This document shows positions 62,401 through 64,000 of a DNA stretch of 64,000 bases, one piece after another. Within the stretch, counting starts at the first letter, position 1. Every line of letters starts with the position of its first letter. The notes below the pieces were generated by a model. That model did not search any database. It had not been told where the DNA came from and saw only the letters and a program-made list of their open reading frames with translations. The position numbers and the translations under genes are program-made. The DNA is taken from positions 7,584,001 to 7,648,000 of the forward strand of contig OY970303.1 in assembly GCA_963716255.1 (NCBI GenBank), in the 5' to 3' direction. The DNA comes from an uncultured Gemmatimonadales bacterium. GTDB lineage: Bacteria; Gemmatimonadota; Gemmatimonadetes; Longimicrobiales; Longimicrobiaceae.

Positions 62401-64000
62401 GGGAGCTATTCATCGGCGGCGAGGGGGTGGGGCGCGGCTACCTGGGGAGGACGGAGCTGACGGCGGAGCGCTTCGTCCCCGACCCGTTCTCCCCGGTGCC
62501 GGGCGCGCGCTGCTACCGCACCGGCGACCGCGTGCGCCGGCTGGAGGACGGAGCCCTGGAGTTCCTGGGGCGCATGGACGAGCAGGTGAAGGTGCGCGGC
62601 TTCCGCATCGAGCCGGGCGAGGTGGAGGCCGCGCTGGCCGGCCACCCCGCGGTGCGCGAGGCCGCCGTGGTGGTGCGCGAGGACGCGGCGGGGGAGCGCC
62701 GCCTGGTGGGGTACGTCGCCCCGGCCGCGGGGTACGCCGCCGGGCCGGCGGGGCTCGTCCGGGACCCCGGCCGCCGGGTGGAGCTGTGGCCCTCGCACGG
62801 GGAGTACCCGGCGTACGACGACCTCCTCTACCGGGCGATGGCCGGGGACCGGCTGCGCAACGACGGATACCTGGAGGCGCTGCGCCGGCACGCGCCCGGG
62901 AAGACGGTGGTGGACGTGGGGACCGGGGGCGAGATCGTCCTCGCCCGGCTCGCCCTCCAGGCGGGGGCGCGGAAGGTGTACGCCATCGAGGTGATGGAGG
63001 AATCCTTCCGCCAGGCCCGGGCGAAGGTCCGCGAGCTGGGGCTGGAGGACCGGGTGACCCTGATCCGCGGCGACGCCGCGGCGGTGGAGCTCCCCGAGCC
63101 GGTGGACGTGTGCGTGTCCGAGCTGATCGGGTGCATCGGCGGGTTGGAGGGCGCCGTGGCGATCCTCGGCCACGCGCGGCGCTGGCTGAAGCCGGGGGGC
63201 GTGATGATCCCGTACCGGTGCGTCACCCTGGTCGCCCCCGTGACGCTCCCGGACGAGGTGCACGCGGAGCCGGCGTTCACCGCGCCGGGGGCGCACTACG
63301 CCGAGCAGGTCTTCGCCGCCGTGGGACACCGCGACGACGTGCGGCTGTGCGTGAAGGGCTTCCCGAGGGACCACCTCCTGGGCGAGCCCGCGGTCTTCGA
63401 GGACCTGGACTTCTCCGTCCCCGCCGATCCGGCCTTCCGCGGCCGCTTCGAGCTGCGGGTGGAGCGCGAGGGGCGGCTGGACGGCCTCCTCCTCTGGATC
63501 CGGCTCCACCCCGGGGAGGAGTGCGCCCTGGACGCGCTGGAGGACGAGTGCGCCTGGCTCCCCATGCTCTTCCCCGCCTTCTACCCCGGCGTGCGGGTGC
63601 GGCCGGGGGACGTGCTCCGGGTGGAGTCGCACGGCGCGCCCGCGGAGGGCGCCCCGTACCCGGACTACCACCTGCGCGGCGTGCTGGCGCGGGCGGACGG
63701 GAGCGAGGAGCCGTTCGCGTACGACTCGTTCTGGAAGGCCCCCCCGCCGGAGCCCAACGCGCTGCACCGCCGGCTGGTGAGCGAGGACGGGGTGCGGGTG
63801 CGCGCCGCGGAGGGGGACCGGGTCACGGACGAGGAGCTGCGGGAGCGGGTGGGCCGGGCCCTCCCGGCGTACATGGTCCCTTCCACGCTGGTCTTCCTCC
63901 CGGAGCTCCCGCGCACGCCGCACGGCAAGGTGGACCGCCGCGCCCTCCCCGACCCGGGCCGCCCGGCCCCGGAGCCTTCGCGCGTCGCGCCCCGCACGCG
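44415..64000 (+). CDS. NRPS 2 (3' end outside window): C-A-T-C-A-T-E-C-A-T-C-A-T-E-C-A(MT-interrupted)...
   Basis: ATG 44415 (MSSLSDRLGQLSPEQL..SFAQRRLWFL); no ORF in this frame ends within the window and codon-aligned antisense ORFs span it; five A domains, two E domains (HHLxxDGVSW, EGHGRE, RTVGWFT). Confidence 0.93.
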   Translation, partial: MSSLSDRLGQLSPEQLAALVRRLGERAPGASAGIPRRSGDAPPPASFAQRRLWFLDRLLGGTPAYNVPFAFRLRGEVDATALGRALDALVERHEALRTRFAEADGEPVQVVEARLPAELGTETLPAGAEVLERVSAEAWRPFDLAAGPLFRFRLFRTGTGESVLLLVFHHAVFDGASLGVLAAELSALYTAHARGEEPRLPELPVQYADYAAWQRDALGGEALERGLAYWRERLAELEPLDLPADRPRPPGPGLRAAVHALDLPGEPAARLRALARSERATPFVLVLAAFQLLLARFAGQEDVAVGIPVSGRDRRDVEGVIGFFVNTLVLRTDLSGDPPFRELLARVREGVRGAQEHREVPFEALVDALHPDRSPDRSPLFQAMFAYRPAAEAGLSLPGAVAEPVEVPAVASKFDLSLEVRETAEGMRAVFHYAPELFDASTVERMGEHFRAVLERAAADPGAPLSAVAALPEGERGRVLVEWNRTPDAGPAETVHALFARRAERTPDAVAVTCAGESLSYAELDRRSARLAHHLRALGVGPEVRVGIALTRSFRMVEAVLGVLRAGGAYVPLDPEQPAARLAALLRDSEAAVLVTEEQVSARLPGHPRVVCLDRGAAEIAARPGSAPAVPVRPENLAYVLFTSGSTGEPKGVMVEHRRVAALVRWLHGEVPEEERSTTLGCGPLAFDASVGEIFGTLCGGGKLVLVQDALELARVPGAEGVRMAAMVPSAAAELVRMGAIPAGLRRIHLGGEALPAVLARALHGAGVERVVNLYGPTEDTVYSTRAEVEPGAERIVIGTPLPGTRAYVLDRRLDPAPVGAVGELFLAGSGQSRGYAARPGLTAERFVPDPFAPEPGGRMYRTGDRVRWTADGRLEYLGRADHQVKLRGFRVEPGEIEAAILAHPGVRQALVMAREDAPGDRRLVAYLATGAEGFDLAALREALRERLPAYMVPAAFVTLDAFPLNRNDKVDRRALPAPEYGPGGSGPGAPRTPTEEILAGIFAEVLRCERVGVHDDFFDLGGHSLLATQAVSRVRRALGVELPLRALFEAPTVAGVAERVDAGARAAGPPITPARRDVPLPLSFSQERLWFLEQLEPGTAHHNIPFAFSLRGPLDAGVLERAFAETVRRHEALRTVFASRDGVPVQVVEPAGRFRLPVGDLSRLREGERRAEAGRLAAEESRLPFDLERRPLLRVRLLRLEGEEHVLLVTLHHVVGDAWSLGVLYGEVSRLYAAFARGEPSPLPAPQVQYADFAAWQREWLRGERLERQLAYWRERLAGAPPLLELPTDRPRPAVQTHRAGEHRVLLPSSLAASLREVSRGEGATLFMVLLAALAAVLRRWSGQEDVVVGTPIAGRTRAETEGVVGFFVNMLPLRTDLAGDPAFRGLLARVREATLGAYAHQDLPVEKLLDELGTERTLGHSALYQVMLVLHNTPGEPLSLPGVEVARVPVAPPATALDLGVAVTERPEGLDVSLSYNADLFEAPTVQGMAAYLGEVLRAAAADPDRRLSELPALAPEDLLRQRTEWSGEGRTALPLACVHRLVAARAAESPDAAAVEMAGTRLTRGELDRRSAALAGRLRAAGVGPEVRVAVWAERSPATLVAILATLRAGGAYVPLDPAYPAERLRALIDDSGAAVVLAPSRLRGRIPAGVEVVELDGEGGGEPAAPEVEVDAASLAYVIYTSGSTGAPKGVMVSHASLAGFVDAARRELGIGPADRVLQFATFSFDTSVEEVFPALTAGATLVLRTEEMLESVATFLRRCGEWGITVLDLPTAFWHEVAAELERSGLRLPECVRLVVIGGERALPERVAAWHAAAGGRVRLVNTYGPTEATVAATAATLLPEARRLSERGDPLPLPPVPIGAPLANARVHVLDGRMEPVPAGARGEILVGGGGVARGYLGRPELTAERFLPDPFSPQPGARLYRTGDAARWRHDGRLDYLGRTDEQVKVRGFRVEPAEVEAALLRHPAIRDAAVAAREDEPGRARLAAYVVPEGAPPSAAELRDFLRARLPEYMVPAVFVPLAGLPLTPSGKLDRRALPAPEWGVPDAAGDAAPRTPAEERLAAVWAEVLRLERVGVHDNFFELGGDSILSIQVVALARRAGLALSPRQLFEHQTVAALARAAGAALAAPDGEEEEAGGEVEPTPIQRWFFGRDLPEPHHWNMATLLRPARPLEAAVLERALAALLAHHDALRLRFVRGEAGWTQAYAAAEPRAPLVVVDVSGVAARDRARARESAAAGVQASLDLAAGPLARVALFEGGAGEQRLLVVVHHLGVDGVSWRILLEDLETAYGEIARGGAPVLPAKTTSFRRWAARLAEHARRGGFDGEAAHWCAGEGADVPPLPVDHPGGANPEGAAERVTVELGEEDTRALLQEAPKAYRTRVDEVLLCALARAFRSWTGEDRLRVELEGHGREDLFPGVDLSRTVGWFTSLFPVLLDLRGADAAGDALRAVKEQLRAVPSRGIGFGALRFLAPRGDVRAGLAALPAAQVRFNYLGQFGREAAGGSLLVPVREPMGPNVSPRAERGCLFDLLGAVEGGRLRVTWSFSRALHRPATVRALAEGFLAELRALVAHCASEEAGGYTPSDFPLARLDQASLDRCFGRERGIEDVYPLSPMQEGMLFHSLYAPGAGEYLGQFLFDLEGELDVDAWRRGWEAAVERHTALRTRFLWEGVDAPVQVVQRRAALPVREEDWRALPPAGQEARLAAFLDEDRALGMEPSHAPLLRLALFRTGERAYSLVWTAHHLVMDGWSLPLVFRDAVAAYDASVEGRAPELPPARPYAEYVAWLRGRDLARAEEFWRDALAGFSAPTPLGVDHRPAGDAGGRGRLERKPDDALGAALERLARREQVTVNTVVQGAWSLLLARYSGEEDVVFGGVASGRPAELPGVETMVGLFINTLPVRARVRPGERTGEWLRGLQEQQARAREHEHAPLAQVQRWSGVPAGEPLFESILVFQNQPVPAELGRSGRGVVRVRTRDRVEQTGYALALGVERAGGLKLRLEYAAARIGGAAAGRVLEHLEVLLAGMAAGPGRTLAEIPLLPEAERRQLLAGWGRAEGARPADLPLHRLVALQAARTPDAVALAHGTRRVSYAELERDANRVSHLLRGRGVGAGARVAVCLEPSPEMVAAVLGVLGAGAAYVPLDPSYPRERLDFVLRDASAALVLTRSPLLDRVPGGSAEVLCLDAERERLAREPETAPGAAVGPESLAYLVYTSGSTGTPKGVMVEHRSASRALRSFVDAFGFRGGDVIPSLASFAFDIWLFETLAPLAAGATVRLLSREEVTDLPALVARLGEATLAHAVPALMRQVAGAVRSAPAGSLPGMRQVFVGGDAVPAELLEEMREAFPAAQIRVLYGPTEGTVVCASHAVEGHEAGQVVGAELGSARLYVRDPWGEVAPLGVPGELWIGGAGVARGYHGRPELTAERFLPDPYGSDPGGRLYRTGDRVRRREDGVLEFLGRTDRQVKVRGFRIEPGEVEGALERHPAVREAVVVVREDAPGDRRLVAYVVASGAERAPGGEELRRHLRETLPEHMVPSAFVALERLPLNANAKVDRRALPAPEREAPGESYVAPRTGVEATLAGVWAEVLRVERVGVEDNFFELGGDSILSIQVVARARRAGVVVTPKQLFEEQTVAALARVARAQADAPPRPAGEAGGREAPVRPATDPGAEDAYPLSPMQEGMLFHTLYSPGSGDYVAQFRYDLVGELDADAWTRAWQGVVDRHTALRTRFLWEGADVPLQVVPARAELPVRHEDWRELPEAGRRERLERYLAEDRARGFDPATAPLMRLALFRTGDADHHLVWTHHHLVLDGWSLPLVWREVSAVYRALRAGRPAELPEPRPYREYVEWVGWQDPGRAESFWRHALAGFRAPTPLGVDRAPAPGASGYGRAEHRLPPEATARLRALARRGRLTLNTLVQGAWALLLARYSGEEDVLFGATVSGRPGEVEGVEEMVGLFINTLPVRVRVRGEAEVGAWLGEVQEGQAVLREHEHTPLVQVQKWSEVPAGEPLFESILVFENYPMQSALGRVEERLEVRGRGGVEQTSYPLTLSASPGESLHLRLDFLSGRFDEAAAGRMLEHAAVLLEEMGARPGARLSALSLLRAEERREVVERWRGTGRAAPPGLCVHDLFARQARLTPGAVALVHEDERLSFAELERRANRLAGYLRRRGAGPDVPVGICLERGVEMVVATLGVLKAGGACLPLDPAYPAERLAFMLDDAAAPLVLTRQGLLGRLPEGLPVCLDRDADEVAAESGEAPAVAVTPEHLAYVVYTSGSTGTPKGTGVPHRAIPGFFEGVEYARFGAEQVYLQHSSPSWDASFLELWPPLLTGGTCVLYPGRSPEPEVLGEQIRRHGVTTLWLPSAYFNLLVDTSPEVLGGVEQLLVGGEAVSAPHVRRAQELHPGMRIVNGYGPSECTVFTSCWPVPRDFAGSTVPIGEPVGDRRACLLDRWMEPVPDGVPGELYVGGPAVARGYLGRPEPTAERFVPDPFAVEPGARCYRTGDRARRLPGGALEFLGRVDRQVKVRGFRIEPGEVEAALAGHPGVREAAVIVRGEGRERRLVGYVAAAGGAAPSAGELREHLRGRMPEHMVPSAFVVLPALPLTRNGKVDRRALPDPDLAVGGEGYVAPRTPAEEALARVWAEVLRVERVGVEDNFFELGGDSILSIQVVARARRAGVAITPRDVFERQTVAGVALAAGRLAEPRGAAEPEPEGGAVELTPVQRWFFETEVPARHHWNMSLLLRPREALDPAVLRGALDALAAHHGALRMRFARDAGGWTQAYGAGGPALPLARFDLSSLAEPDRAPELERIGAGLQGSLDLSAGPVARAGLFELGGGEQRLLLVAHHLVTDGVSWRILLEDLESAYGSRARGETAALPAKTTSFGRWAARLAAHARRGGFDAELPCWTAAGRERAAALPVDRPGGVNAGASARSVRLSLGEEETRALLQEAPRAYRTQINDVLLAALARTLRRWTGDPVLRVELEGHGREEIFEDVDLSRTVGWFTTVYPVLLDLRGAGDEGASLKAVKEQLRGIPGRGIGYGALRYLHPDPEVRERLAAIPPAQVSFNYLGQFDGTLSREAFFALGRERAGPAVGAGGERTHLFEVSGVVEGGRLHLTWEYSEALHLRETVEGLAEGLAAELRALVDHCRSEGAGGYTPSDFPLAGLDQAALDRCLAGKRDVEDVYPLAPMQEGMLFHTLYSPGSGDYVAQFVFDVTGELDRAAWSRAWQGVVDRHAALRTRFLWEGVDRPLQVVQARVPLPVREEDWRGLPDGERESRLAGYLRDDRARGFDPALAPLLRLALFRTGDEAHTLVWSHHHLTIDGWSLPLVCREVVALYEAFSRGGAARLAPVHPYRKYIEWMGRQDPGRTESFWRHALAGFRAPTPLGVDRVPAPGASGYGRAEHRLPPEATARLRALARRGRLTLNTLVQGAWALLLARYSGEEDVLFGATVSGRPGEVEGVEEMVGLFINTLPVRVRVRAEAEVEAWLGEVQGGQAVLREHEHTPLVQVQKWSEVPAGERLFESILVFQNHPAPGAAGSPGERRVRMSARDGFEQSDDPVTLSAVPGESLYARLDFARARFDDATAERMLAHLGTLLEEMGARPGARLRDLSLLTQAERRRLREEWDAAAREFPRDLGLHELFALQATRTPDAPAAVSDGGSLSYAGLDRLANRVARYLGRLGVGPEVRVALCFERSLDMVAAILGVLKAGAAYVPLDPAYPPQRLELLLRDCGARLLLTHGAAAGRLPSSGVPVVRLDAERERIAREAPEAPESGASAESLAYVIYTSGSTGTPKGAMLPHRAVVNYAVDMAARLGLSPRDRVLQFASPGFDVVVEEIFPAWLSGAAVVLSRDELLLPPELLRVVAHHGVSMFELPTAYWHAWVHEVAHAGLRLPECVRCVLVGGERVLPERLAEWSTLGVPLVHVFGLTETACTSATLRLEAGDDGARWPNLPLGHPTGNVRLYVLDRAGHPAPHRAPGELFIGGEGVGRGYLGRTELTAERFVPDPFSPVPGARCYRTGDRVRRLEDGALEFLGRMDEQVKVRGFRIEPGEVEAALAGHPAVREAAVVVREDAAGERRLVGYVAPAAGYAAGPAGLVRDPGRRVELWPSHGEYPAYDDLLYRAMAGDRLRNDGYLEALRRHAPGKTVVDVGTGGEIVLARLALQAGARKVYAIEVMEESFRQARAKVRELGLEDRVTLIRGDAAAVELPEPVDVCVSELIGCIGGLEGAVAILGHARRWLKPGGVMIPYRCVTLVAPVTLPDEVHAEPAFTAPGAHYAEQVFAAVGHRDDVRLCVKGFPRDHLLGEPAVFEDLDFSVPADPAFRGRFELRVEREGRLDGLLLWIRLHPGEECALDALEDECAWLPMLFPAFYPGVRVRPGDVLRVESHGAPAEGAPYPDYHLRGVLARADGSEEPFAYDSFWKAPPPEPNALHRRLVSEDGVRVRAAEGDRVTDEELRERVGRALPAYMVPSTLVFLPELPRTPHGKVDRRALPDPGRPAPEPSRVAPRT

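Noticed and set aside
36101..63923. Very long minus-strand ORFs (36101-44167, 43896-57506, 58938-62390, 62406-63923)
   Set aside because: Codon-aligned antisense shadows of the GC-rich NRPS genes; no recognisable domains

Overview
Very GC-rich bacterial chromosome segment; the 16S sequence and gene content suggest Gemmatimonadota (Longimicrobium-like), which is inference and was not searched. 1-31.3 kb is mostly housekeeping: ruvB-queA, tgt-yajC-def-fmt-thiE-thiS-thiG-rsmB-PASTA-TlpA-YbbR-tsaD, APC permease, NrnA, a Phd/RelE-ParE TA pair, speA / LOR-SDH / fur / speB, MFS, typA. The intergenic spaces carry several families of dispersed structured repeats, one copy of which is split by an IS5-family element. 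31.7-33.8 kb holds a 16S rRNA + tRNA-Ile unit ending at a terminator, with no tRNA-Ala, 23S or 5S in the window. 34.3-64 kb is a biosynthetic cluster: a circularly permuted ATP-grasp ligase, a 3-module NRPS (A-T-C-A-T-C*-A-T, C* a probable dehydrating C domain after a Thr module), and a second giant NRPS (44415 to >64000, missing from the ORF track because it has no stop in the window). The second NRPS has two E domains, one junction that looks to have lost its E domain, and an A domain interrupted by a PRMT-like (arginine-methyltransferase-type) domain.
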